64,000 nucleotides of DNA, taken from positions 28,395,360-28,459,359 of the forward strand of contig NC_043019.1 of NCBI RefSeq assembly GCF_006345805.1. The letters are read 5' to 3'. Under the pieces are notes generated by a model. It did no database searches. It was not told where the DNA came from and was given only the letters and a program-made list of their open reading frames with translations. This stretch comes from Octopus sinensis (Eukaryota). Position numbers and translations under genes: made by a program. Positions 1 through 12,600 of the stretch are shown one piece after another. Positions within the stretch are counted from its first letter, which is position 1; every line of letters starts with the position of its first letter.

Positions 1-24
1 TATAATATATATATATATATATAT

Positions 25-465
25 ACTAGCACTAGACCCGGCAGCGCCAGGTCATAGTGATAATCAAGTATATTTGGTCTTTCATGAAAATCCCGCTCTC
101 TTGTCATTCACTTGGTCTAATTCGTTAATTATTCCCTGCATTTCTCAAATCAAAAAGCGTGCACGTTTGAAAGCCAAAACACATGATAACGTGTCTTAGC
201 AAAACACAAAAATGCGCTGAGTCATACAGACTGTCTGCAAATGCGCACGAGCATTCAACTGTTGGGCATAAGGGGTCGATTTATCAATTTTTTTTTTTAA
301 TGGCTTTCTGGGGTGACTGGGGAAATGATAAGATCTTCACAACCACCCTCAGACAGTTTTGAAAGCCCATAGAAAATGCAAGCCTTTTACATGAAAAATT
401 GTGGATTTGTATAAAGGACACACAGACACACAGATATTTTGCTGTTTATAGATATAGAGATATAT
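25..465 (+). mobile_element. Helentron/HINE (DINE-1/Lep1-like) non-autonomous element
   Basis: Starts in (TA)n with ACTAGC..ACCCGGCAGCGCCAGGTC; ends with CACAGACACACAG repeat and TTTTGCTGTTTATAGATATAGAGAT, the usual HINE layout; no TIR or TSD. Confidence 0.5.
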
Positions 466-536
466 GTATATAATCTTTTGATACGCATTAAAAACTGCAT
501 ACACACACACATGTACATTTGTTTTGTTTTTTTCAG

Positions 537-663
537 GTATGTCAGTATATTAGTAGAACTGACTAGAATGGAAGGCACAAGGCATGGGAAACTTATTGCT
601 AGTCAAATGTTGGATGTTGCTATACGGGTCCAAACTATTAGAGATTTTGCTGTTCAGCAAATG
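537..663 (+). CDS. AP3D1: AP3D1 exon (window exon 1): (W)YVSILVELTRMEGTRHGKLIASQMLDVAIRVQTIRDFAVQQM
   Basis: tttcag|G acceptor, ATG|gtaagt donor; 127 nt. Confidence 0.95.
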
Positions 664-1158
664 GTAAGTAGTAACATTGGAAAAAATGTTTGATTTGCTG
701 TTGTATTAACTTTTGTTGGTAAATTTCCATTGTTAATTATACATTGTCAGACTTGTTCTTGCATTTAGCATGAAACAAAATATTCTAAAGTCAATGACAG
801 CCCCCTGTGAAGATGAAGGAAAAGGTCTACAGTACATTTATATTCCTTGCACTTGGGACTTGTTTCATGCCAGACAATTATTCCATGGACCAGGACGATC
901 ACATTCATAACAAAGCAAAATAAAGTCAATAATATATAATTTAATCATTACGTACACACCAGCATTGGTGCTGGTGCCATGTAAAAAGCATCCAGTACAC
1001 TCTGTTAAGTGGTTGGCATTAGGAAGGACATCCAGATGTAGAAACAAAGTCAAAATACTATGGAGCCTCATATGGCCCATGGCCTTGCCAGCTTCTGTCA
1101 AGCCATTCATCCCATGCCAGCATGGAAAATGGATGTTAAATTATGATGATATATATAG

Positions 1159-1206
<48 letters not shown>

Positions 1207-4200
1207 CATATATATGCATACTTTGATAGTCAATGAAATAGAAATAAAATGTTTATTTGTGTGGGTTGGTACCAAATGATCCACAGCCCAGTGGTTGGAG
1301 ATGCCTGGTCTATGGTATGAATGCATTAAATGGCAAGATCTTTCATTCATACCATAGGAGGTCTTTTAAAACCATGAGATGAGCCTTGCGTCAAGATTTC
1401 ACTGACCTTTGAGCTATATACTGCCTTATCCTCATTGACGCATACTTAAGATCTAAAACCTTAAAACCCTTTGGGAAAACTAAAACCCTAAAACTCTTTG
1501 GGTATACCAAAAGATCCACTAAAGGTCTGTCTAAGTTATGTCTTGAGGGATTTCTTCAAGGTAAAAGAAATTGTGGTGGTTCTAAATAAAGATGAAAAGA
1601 AAACATTGCAGATGGATTTCACCTTGACAACTTAGATCACAATAAACTTACTCAGTAAATACAGTAATAAATGGGGAAAACTTGTTTTTGTTTTAACTTC
1701 TATTTTGATGATTTCCATTGCTAATTTCACGAACATGTATAACTTAAGTAATAACACAAATCAAATGGTTTGTTGAACCATATTTTCTGGCATACAAGTC
1801 AAATTTTTAGACCAAAATTTATAACCAAAACATGTAGGCTGACTTATACACCAAGATAACTTAGGCAGACTAAATTCCATGTGAAATGCAGCAGGATTTG
1901 GAAAGATAGTGACAATGTTTGAATGTTTATACTACATGATTTACACTTTATACTACAGGGTGTCCACAAAGTCTGGGTACATGGAGTAAATAAAATCATA
2001 ACATAAAGAATCAAATATAAGAAATAATGATTTCTTAAAGTATGTGTGAATCTCCATGTACCCAGACTTTGTGGATACCCTGTATATTAGCTTGTGTGCT
2101 GGAGAATAAAGTAACTATTTTCATTTTCAACATGTAAAATTATTTTATAGTCACACTAAATTTTCAATTCTTCTAGGCTGTTTTGCTCGACAACTCTCAT
2201 GTACTTGCATCCAACTCTCAAAGAAATGGTATTTGTGAAGTGCTTTATGCTGCTGCTTGGATATGTGGCGAATTTTCTGAGTAAGCTAATCCATCTTGAT
2301 TTTTTCCAAAATTTGTTGAAGGAGACTGCTTTTGTGTTTAACCCTTTGGCGTTTAAACCAGCTATAACTTGCCCAGATATTTTACCTGTTTTATCTTCAA
2401 ACTGACTATATTTAGCCTCTCAAACCTACCCTACAATGTCTTTTTAAAAATAACGAAGGAGATGATAAAGTACCAAAATATTTGGCACATTGTTGTATCA
2501 AAGAAGACCTGCCCACCACAACAGAATTGAGATCCTAAAACCAAGATGCCATGTAACAAGCACTGGTGTGGATGCTGGTGCCACATAAAAGACACTGGTG
2601 ATGGTGCTACATAAAAAGCACCCAGTACACTCTGTGGAGTGGTTGGTGTTAGGAAGGGCAGCCAACTGTAGAAACTGAGCCAAAACAGATTATGGAACCT
2701 AGTGTGACCCCTGGCCTTGCAAGTTCCTGTCAAGCCATCCAACCCATGCCAACATGGGAAACAGACATTAAATGTTGGTGATGAATCAATCACATCATCA
2801 AAATCTTGAAGCTAAGAGATAATGCGGGTTTAATTCCAAACAATGAATAAATAAGCTTTACATTTGACAGATTAATCTGAATGCCAAAAGGTGAAATAAA
2901 TTTTCATTTTAATCAAGATTTTGGAGAAGTTTATTAAAATATCTAACTTTATATAGAGTGGAATATGTTATGTCGGTGTTGGCCAATTGGAATATAATGA
3001 TATAAGTCATAATATAATGAAGACTTTAGTAGAGGGTGGTCCAGGGAAAGTTGGTTTAAAACATTATGTCAGATAAACTGACTAGAAAATGTAATCAATC
3101 ATTTACATAAATGGTATTTACAAATCATAACTGTTATATAATATATGTGTGTATGTATATCTATGTGCGTGTGTATATATGTATTTATATATTCCTTTTA
3201 AAAACAATTTATTTTAGGTATTTGAAAGATCCAAAGTCTACTTTGGAAGCTATGCTTCGCCCCAAGATTACCGCTTTACCAGGTCATATTCAGAGTGTGT
3301 ATGTTCAGAATTTAGTGAAATTATATTCCAATATCTTGAAGAAAGCAGAAGAAGAAGAAGATGAAGCCACAATGAAAGAAACTGGTCAGATGCTTCTGGA
3401 TAAACTACCAATGTTTATACAGAGCGCTGATCTTGAAGTTCAAGAGCGGGTAAGATATTTCTCTCCTAAATATTGATTTTAGATTTAGATATTAGAAATC
3501 CATTAGAGTATTGTTATTGAAAGAAAAAAAATGATTAATAATTCAAGATGGTGGGTTGCTAGAGTCATTAGCGTAGGTGCTGGTGCCACATAAAAAGCAC
3601 TGGTGATGGTGTTATGTAAAGAGCACCCAGTACACTCTGTGGAGTGGTTGGCATTAGGAAAGCCATCTAACTGTAGAAACCAAGCCAAAACAGACTATGG
3701 ACCTGGTGCGACCCCTGGCCCTTTATGTTATGAGTTCAAATCTTGAGGCTAGCTTTGCTTTTCGTCCTGCCTGCACTAATAAAGTAATGTACTCTTCAAG
3801 TATCAAGACTGGTTTAATTGACTATATATAAATAGGCGCAGGAGTGGCTGTGTGGTAAGTAGCTTGCTTACCAACCACATGTTTCCGGGTTCAGTCCCAC
3901 TGCGTGGCACCTTGGGCAAGTGTCTTCTACTATAGCCTTGGGCCGACCAAAGCCTTGTGAGTGGATTTGGTAGACGGAAACTGAAAGAAGCCCGTTGTAT
4001 ATATGTATATGTATACATATGTGTATGTTTGTGTGTGTCTGTGTTTGTCCTCCCAACATTGCTTGACAACCGATGCTGGTGTGTTTACGTCCCCGTAACT
4101 TAGCGGTTCGGCAAAAGAGACTGATAGAATAAGTACTGGGCTTTCAAAGAGACCGATAGATTAAGTACTAGGCTTACAAAGAATAAGTCCTGGGGTCGAT

Positions 4201-6663
4201 TTGCTTGACTAAAGGCGGTGCTCCAGCATGGCTGCAGTCAAATGACTGAAACAAGTAGAGAGTCTCCCTAAATTTGTGGCCTTCTGCTGGAGTTAGAAAT
4301 CAATATTAATGGTCATAAAGGCAGAGAGCTGGTAGAATCATTACTGTGCCAGGCAAAATGCTTAGCAGCATTTCTTCCATCTTTATGTTCTAAGTTCAAA
4401 TTCCGCTGAGGTCGACTTTACCTTTCATCCTTTTGGGATCAGTAAAATTAAGTACCAGTTGAGCATTGGGGTTGATCCAGTTGACTAACTCACCTCCCCT
4501 AAAATTGCTGGCGTTGTGCCAAAATTTGAAACCAGTATTCATGTTTATTAAAAAGTGTTTAATTTATATTCATTAGTCTGACAAAATATGAGGGGGTGCT
4601 GAAAAGTTCCTGGCTTTCGGTAAAAGAAAATACAGGGGGTTCTGTTAATTATGGTGCTATTTAATATATCCCCTCTCAGATTCACACACTTATTGCAGCA
4701 GTCCTTCACTTTTTCTAAGCCCTGTAAAAAAAAAACTTGAGAGGTTGGGCCTTCAACCAGGACTTGCATTATGCCCTGAAAGCTGTGAACTTTTCAGCAC
4801 CCCTTTGTATATATACTTTTTTGCCTGTGGCTCATCAAGAACTAAGGATCACAATTTTAGGAAGAACTAATGTAAATTAGCAGTGCTCCAGCATGACAAC
4901 AATCTAATGATTGATACGAGTAAAAAAAAAAATATTTAAAAAACAAAAGATGCATATTGTATCCATGTATGTATTTGTACTTTGGAAATATTCTTATGTT
5001 ATTCTCTATTTTTTTCTTCAATTTCTTCAAGGCTTGTTGTGTTTTGCAATTGGTTAAATATGTTATGAAACTTCAAGAAAAAGGAAATCATTTAGCAGAG
5101 GAAATAGCGTGTTTGTTTTCTGGAGAATTGAATCCTGTTGCATTAAAGGCTCAAAGAAAAGTGCCTGTTCCTGATAAGTATGTGGAGAATATTTTTTGTT
5201 TTTGCCTTTTTTTTTTTACAACTTAATTAAAATTAATCAATCAAATACTTAGAATCTAAGTAAAATTCCGTCATCATTTTTTATTCATTTTACTCCAGTT
5301 GTTAAAATAGATGTCTCTGTGGCATATCACCTCCATTCATCTTGAAATTATCCATCTACAATGACAGTCATTTATAGATTTTCCTTGGAAGGTTGCCACT
5401 GAAGTTCGTTTCGTCTCTCAGTCATTTCTGATGACAAAACGACACATTATTTCTCCTCCATTTTTATTCTGACTTCTATCAACTCAAAATGTTTTGCATT
5501 CTGAAATGATTCATGACTTTCATCATCTTAGTAAGGCATATTATTTGCATATTTTCTGTTTTAAAACTAAAACATTCAGTGATTTATTTCCTTGGAATAA
5601 TAAAATAAAATATTAGATTTTTGTATTAATCAGTCAAATTGATAAAAGTATAATATTTGAAAAAAAAACAAAACATTTTTACTGCTATCCATCTTTTTTG
5701 TAACTATTTTTTTTTTTACAATACTGTATATGCTGGTGTGTAAGACGTGCTTTTGTAATTCTTAAATTTAACAAATAACTGACATATGTAACTTGCACAC
5801 ACACATACTTAATACCTTTTTATGTTCATATTGTCAAGGTTGGATCTGGATCGTTGGATCAATGAGATTCCATCTGACAGTTCTGATGAAGAAATCAGAG
5901 GCACATCCTTATTTACAACAACAGGAGACGACCACAAGTATGTTAATTTATCTCATATTCATTGCCAAAGTCTTCTACAGTCTTTAACACACAAGATTTT
6001 TTTTTTTATTGATCTACCATTGCTAATAATATTTTAGAAGTAGTTGTTTTACGTCTCTTTACTAATTTTAACTTCTTTATTCTAGTGTATATTTGTATTT
6101 ATACATTGATAACGAGTGCAGCCACGTAACTTCATGGTTAAGGTGTTGCACTCACAATCACAAGATTGTGATTTGAATTCCCAGACCAGGTGATGCTTTA
6201 AGCAAAACATTTCATCTTGCATCGTTCTGTGATCACTTTAATATCTGACATGTTCACTGTGCACCTGTAGAGGCGATGTCAATCTGATATGTTAATATAT
6301 ATATATGTATGTATATGTGTGTGTGAGTTTGGAGGGATATATGATCCAGGTGGATACTGTGGTGGCTCTCAGTTGTGTTCCAGGTTATGGCTAACCACAT
6401 CAATCAGTAGTTAACATCTATGACTACTATTAGTGTCAGTCATTCCGTAAATCTCTCGGGGTAATTCCTGTTTGCTTCACATGACAGTAATATTGTCTAT
6501 ATTGTTATAATTATTGCTTTTATATATATATATATATATATATAAGCAGTCAGCAGAAGTTACACTGATTCAAGGGCTGAGAATTTTGTGTATTGGCACC
6601 AATGCATGAATCTCTCAGCCCTTGAGTAACTCTGTAACTTCTACTGATTATTAATGATATAAA

Positions 6664-6699
<36 letters not shown>

Positions 6700-9600
6700 C
6701 TTGTGTTTTTAGTCCTCTTTTCCTGTTTGCATCAGATGCAACATTTAGTGATAGGATTTTAATTAACAAATATTTGTTAACGACTCTATTCATTATCTTT
6801 ATTGATATATAATAATGAAATTGATTTACATTAGTATTTCCTTTCTAAAACAGACTATATTTTCTGTTACCAAAGCATTTGTTTTTAAAAATTCAACTCT
6901 TAAGGTTCACTTAAGAACCATTAACATATGAAAGACTGTTAATTTTGTGACATTTCTTTGAAGATCAACTTATAAAAATGATGTTAAAAAGATAGCTGAA
7001 CCAACTGAAGAAGAACTAGAAAGGGTAAGTACCTTCTCACTTGTCAAATGGTGTAAATTGTCTTCCACAGGTATAATGTTTGAATGAGACAGTCTGACAG
7101 CAAATTATGAAACCAATATATGAGAGACAGGCAGAGCTTATACTTAAAAGTTCTTGTGCCAGATGTGAGGGGCAAGTAGAGCCTGTACTTAAAGGGTTTC
7201 GTCTCAGCTGTGATGGAGGTTTTATTGGTGTTAAATTTTATTTACATTAAATTCATCAACGTTGTGTGACATAAGAAAGCAGATGTCTGGCAGACCTGTT
7301 TCTGTGCTGATCACTGATGATGGAGATGAACTCACAGTGATAAAGGAGATGATCCTTTGTTACTATTGCCATCAAATTCAAGGTATCTGATGTGAGAAGG
7401 ATAAGTCAGCAGTTTGAAAAGTCTCTCTCTCTGGAAATAGAATTAAATGCTGTGGGTTCACATAAGTTGGATAGGAAAATGGCAAGTTGTAAGCATTTTA
7501 TGTGGATAGTGGCTATGTGAGGTGACCTGTGTTTGAGCCAGAACACTCAAATAACAGTTGCCTCATTGGATGGACTGCAGGGTCAAAGAAGTTCATAATA
7601 CTTAATAGAAAGTATCATCATCACTAGCAGCAACAGCAACAAGTAGAATTTGCCTTTCATCCTTTTGGGGTCAGTGAAATAAGTACCAGTTGAGCACTGG
7701 TGTCAATATAATCAACTTACTCCTCCCTCCTTTCAGGCCTTGCTCCTGGAAAAGAAAGGATTATCTTTATTATTATTATTTATCATCAAGGGGGCAAGCT
7801 GGCAGAATCATTAGCAGGCTGGACAAAATCCTTAAAGGTATTTCATCCATTTCTTTGTCCCAAGTTCAAATTCTACTGAAGCCAACTTTGCCTTTTCATC
7901 CTTTTGGGGGTCAATAAAATAAGTACCAGTTAAGTACTGGTGTTGATGTAATCAACTTATCCATCTTCCTCCAAATCTTAGGCCTTGTGCCTATGGTAGA
8001 AAAGATCATCATCTTCATCATTATCATTGGAATCATTATAATCATGAAGTGCTGAGATTGGTTTAAATAAGTATGTCTATCCTCCACCCTCACCAACAGG
8101 TATTGAAGCAAACCAGTATATTCACCTTTGATATTCTCTTAGTTATATATAATCCTGTTAAAACTTTTCTATTATTTAGCGACGTGAACAAAGGCGAATT
8201 GAACAAATGCATAATCCTCATTATTTGAAAGATGATGGAAAAAGCAAAGTAAGTATTGCATTTATTTATACATGATATTATGTAATTATGCATATTTGAT
8301 ATATAATTTGGCTTCCTAAAATGTAATGTAGCATAGCTGCTATTATACTGAACTGCATAATACAGTTGTAGATTTACTCTCGGTGGTGAATTGACTGACT
8401 CATTTGAGCATATTTGTTCTGTGTGTCTCTGCCCTGATTCCAAATTTTGTCATGGTCAACGTTGCCTTCCATATCATCATCATTTAGCGTCCGCTTTCCA
8501 TGCTAGCATGGGTTGGACGGTTCAACTGGGGTCTGTGAAGCCAGAAGGCAGCATCAGGCCCAGTCTGATCTGGCAGTGTTTCTACAGCTGGATGCCCTTC
8601 CTAACGCCAACCACTCCGTGAGTGTAGTGGGTGCTTTTTACGTGCCACCCGCACAGGTGCCAGACGGAGCTGGCAACAGCCACGGTCGGATTAGTGCATT
8701 TTACGTGCCACCGGCATGGAAGCCAGTCGAGGCGGCGTTGGCATCGGCCACGAGTCGGATAGTGCTTTTTACGTACCACCAGTCCAGGGGTCCTGGCTGG
8801 TTCAATTCAATTTCGATTTCGATTTCCCCAACATGTCTTCGCAAGCAAAGGGGGTTGGCATGGGTGCCTGTCGTCGGATGAGGTTCTATATCGACTTCGC
8901 TTGCCTCAACAGGTCTTTGTGTCCAAGGGAGGAAAGGCATGCATATGTTTGATGTTTATTAAAAAAAATGTAGCAGTCCAGAATGATGGCTTGGCAGAAT
9001 AGTTACCATATCAGAGGGAATGCCTTACAATATCTTTTAGGGTTCTCTGCATTCTGAATGCAACTTCTGCAATGACACTGGTTTCAAATTCTGTTAGTCT
9101 TGCTTTTCCTTTGGATAAGATCAGTGGCATGGAAAGATGGGACTTGTAGGACTAAGCAACTACTGGACTGGTCTTTCACAAGTAAACCATGGCTTGCACC
9201 TTAGCCCTTTGGCATCCAGATTACTGCCTGTCAAATGTAATACTTATTCATTCACATTATTTTGAATTAATTTTGTATTATTTCATAGCTTAGGCGTAGG
9301 AGTGGCTGTGTGGTAAGTAGCTTGCTTACAAACCACATGGTTCCGGGTTCTGTCCCACCGCGTGGCATCTTGGGCAAGTTTCTTCTACTATAGCCTTGGC
9401 CCGACCAAAGCCTTGTGAGTGGATTTGGTAGACGGAAACTAAAAGAAGCCCGTCATATGTGTGTGTGTGTGTATATACGTTTGTGTGTCTGTGTTTGTCC
9501 CTCCAGCATCACTTGTCAACCGATGCTGGTGTGTTTACGTCCCCGTAACTTAGCGGTTCGGCAAAAGAGACTGATAGAATTAGTATTAGGCTTTCAGAGA

Positions 9601-12600
9601 ATGTCTTGGGGTCGATTTGCTTGACAAAAGGCGGTGCTCCAGCATGGCCACAGTCAAATGACTGAAACAAGTAAAAGAGTAAAGAGCTTCAAGATTTCAG
9701 TTGTGCTTGTTTATTTTTAGTATAACATTGTAGGGTAGGTGTGAGAGAACAGATCCAGCTGGTTTGAACATAAAGCAAGTAGCATATTTGGACTGGATAT
9801 GGCTGGTTTAAATGTTAACAGGTTAGAGGAGAACTTCCCAGCTGTAGCTACTCAGATCATCTATAACAGATGGAAATGAAGATTCACTATGTCTAAAAAC
9901 ATGATGATTACAGCTGGAATACCTTTGGTAAAACTGTGTAACATGATTTTCGTTCTTGGATAGCAGCTGTTATTTCCTATTTGGTTAGCCCTATAAAGTA
10001 TGAAAAATGATTAATATTTCCTTCAAACTTTGCTTTTGTTGCAATATTTATTTAAACCTCTCAAAGAATCCCTCTCAACACATGGCTATGATGTTCCCCC
10101 ACTACTCCTGTTTATGATCAGAGATGCATATATTGTCAGCCTCTAAGGGACATGCTCAAGTGGTTATGGTCAAGCAACTGACATGCAAATCTGTGGTATT
10201 GAGCAGAATATTTGCTGTAATATTTCTACTTCAGTAACTCAGCACTGAGTCTGTCTGAAATGTAATGGAAAATAGGTCAGTTTCAAAACATTGATGTCCA
10301 GGTCAGAAAAGCAAAATTTGAAGGGAAGAGAAGGGAAGGGTAGTCATTTCCTTTGATTTCTAGATAAAAGTAAATAGGAAATAACACTTACTGACCAAAG
10401 AAAAATAAATAAATAGATAAAAATGTTGTTACACACTACAGTTGGTCTACTTGATCAATGCTGACTTGGAGATAATCACTAGCAATGATTAAAAACAGAG
10501 TTTATGAAAACATTTGAAAAAAATTCATTGGAAAAGTTTATAGTCTGAGAAATGAAAATTCTTTTTGTTTTTTTTAGAGTAAAAGATATGAATCCATCAA
10601 TATTGAAGACATTCCTGTCGCAGATATTGATCTGTCTGTGCCTTTACATGTCCCAGGTAAGACTGCATGGCACACCTGCTTTGTGGATGTCCTCCTCCTC
10701 CTTTCCTCCTGGTCATTGTTGCTTGTTGAGGTCTCTATAAATGCTGCTATAATGGATTGTTGTTGTTTTTGTTGAATGTTACTAATAAAATTATTTCATT
10801 TACAGAAATTGTTCATATTATTAAAAAGAAATATTCAAACAAAAAAGAGATTTGGAATTGAAAAATAAAACAATAAGCAAGATTTTGATATCGTAAAGTA
10901 TGAAAACTAACTTAGTGTCTTTATTTATCTAACTTTTTTGACCCTTTGGATACCATCCAGGGGTTGAGACTGCCTCTGGTTAACAATATAAAACTCTAAT
11001 TTTAAAATGTTTCATATTTAAATTAAAACTTTCCATCATAACTTTATGTAATAACCATTTCTTGTCATGAACATCAGCATAAAAACAGAAAAGATATTTC
11101 ATTAGAATCCTCTCAAATTCTTAATTATTTTCAAAATTAACTAAAATGTATAAATAGTGTGTGTATTTCTGTCAGAAATATAGTCTCTAAATTGTTAAAA
11201 GAAATCTTAATGCATTTTTTCATAAATCCAATACAAATTTTAATCTAAGTATTTTTAAAAATCTATTTTCAATCTTACATTGACTCTGTAAATTATTTAC
11301 TATTTCCTCATATGTTTATTATTGGCCATCAGAGTCCCTCTACCTTTGTTGGTTATTTGAGGAACACCTCTGATGAAGTCATCTTTGTAGAGTGATTCTT
11401 GGGAATATTACACTTCAGTGGTTTCCCCATTTATCTGCATGAGCTATACCTAGAGGTGGAATTGTTCTTTGGAACAGCATTTTTTTTTTCTTATCCTGTA
11501 ATACCTATTAACAGGTGGGTGGCTTGGCCCATTTGAGATTTTAAGTTTCTTGACCACAGACACTGCGTTACCTCTGTCAGGAGATGAGCCACTGATCTCT
11601 CATCTGCTTGTCTCATACCTTATCCTCTTGCCATTCTTATTACACATCTGCATTATTTAAATCTTGCTTGAGTAGTTTTATCACATGTTTAAAATGTCCA
11701 TTTTAACTGTCATAACTCATAATTCAAGCTTTCAGCCTCTCCGCTTTTTTTTTACTTCTGCTTTAAGTCTCCTTATTGGCTCACTATGCCTCCTCCTCCT
11801 CTAATTTCTTTATGTACTCTTGATACACTCCTCTATGCATCTAGGCTACTTTTTGCTTGGAATACTCTGATCTTTTGCTATTTGGATGTCGTTAATTAAG
11901 AATTCATTATAGCTCTTCTATATCTTTTGCCTCTTAAATCTCATTCTACCTTTGCTATTACAAATCTACTTTCTTCTAGAAGCCATTTCTAGGGTTTTCT
12001 TTTTATCTCTTGAGCAAGATTTATATTTCCATAGTTATTGTTTTAGACTTAGCCAAGTCTGACCAAACAGACTTATGATTAAGATTTTTCCAGCTCTGAC
12101 TAGCCTATCTTCTTTTAGATATATTGTATGCAAGAGGATTACATTATTCAATGCATCCATGTATTTTAAAAAAGATATTATGATGTGGTTCGAGAAAGAT
12201 TTGGTTGCTATTTCTAGCAAGTCAATTCACCATGTAAAACAGCAAATGGGACTTTCTGAATGGCATGCCTAACAACCATTACCTTGAATTTTTCTTTTTG
12301 TAGTGCAGTTCACCTGATCATGAGCCAAGTCTCATACAGTCCACCTTTTGTAAAAGGTTGCCCATGTCTGATGTAGAAGCTCTTTGGAGTCAATATAACT
12401 TTTTGTTTCAGTTAATAAGCCTAACCATAGATTCTGTTCCTACTTCACTGTTGAGAAGTTAGTTGTAGATGGAGCATATAACCTTAGAAGTGACTGTTTC
12501 AGTAAATAGCATCTTGGCTATGCCCATAAGAAAATATGGATTTTTATCCGCCTCTATTCCCCCAGTATTATCATAAGGATTAGTTGTTACTTTGAATGAA

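Noticed and set aside
3835-3910. tRNA-like sequences at SINE heads (also 15023, 37612, 38840)
   Set aside because: A/B boxes are present but no complete cloverleaf, and each runs into a repeated SINE body; not tRNA genes.
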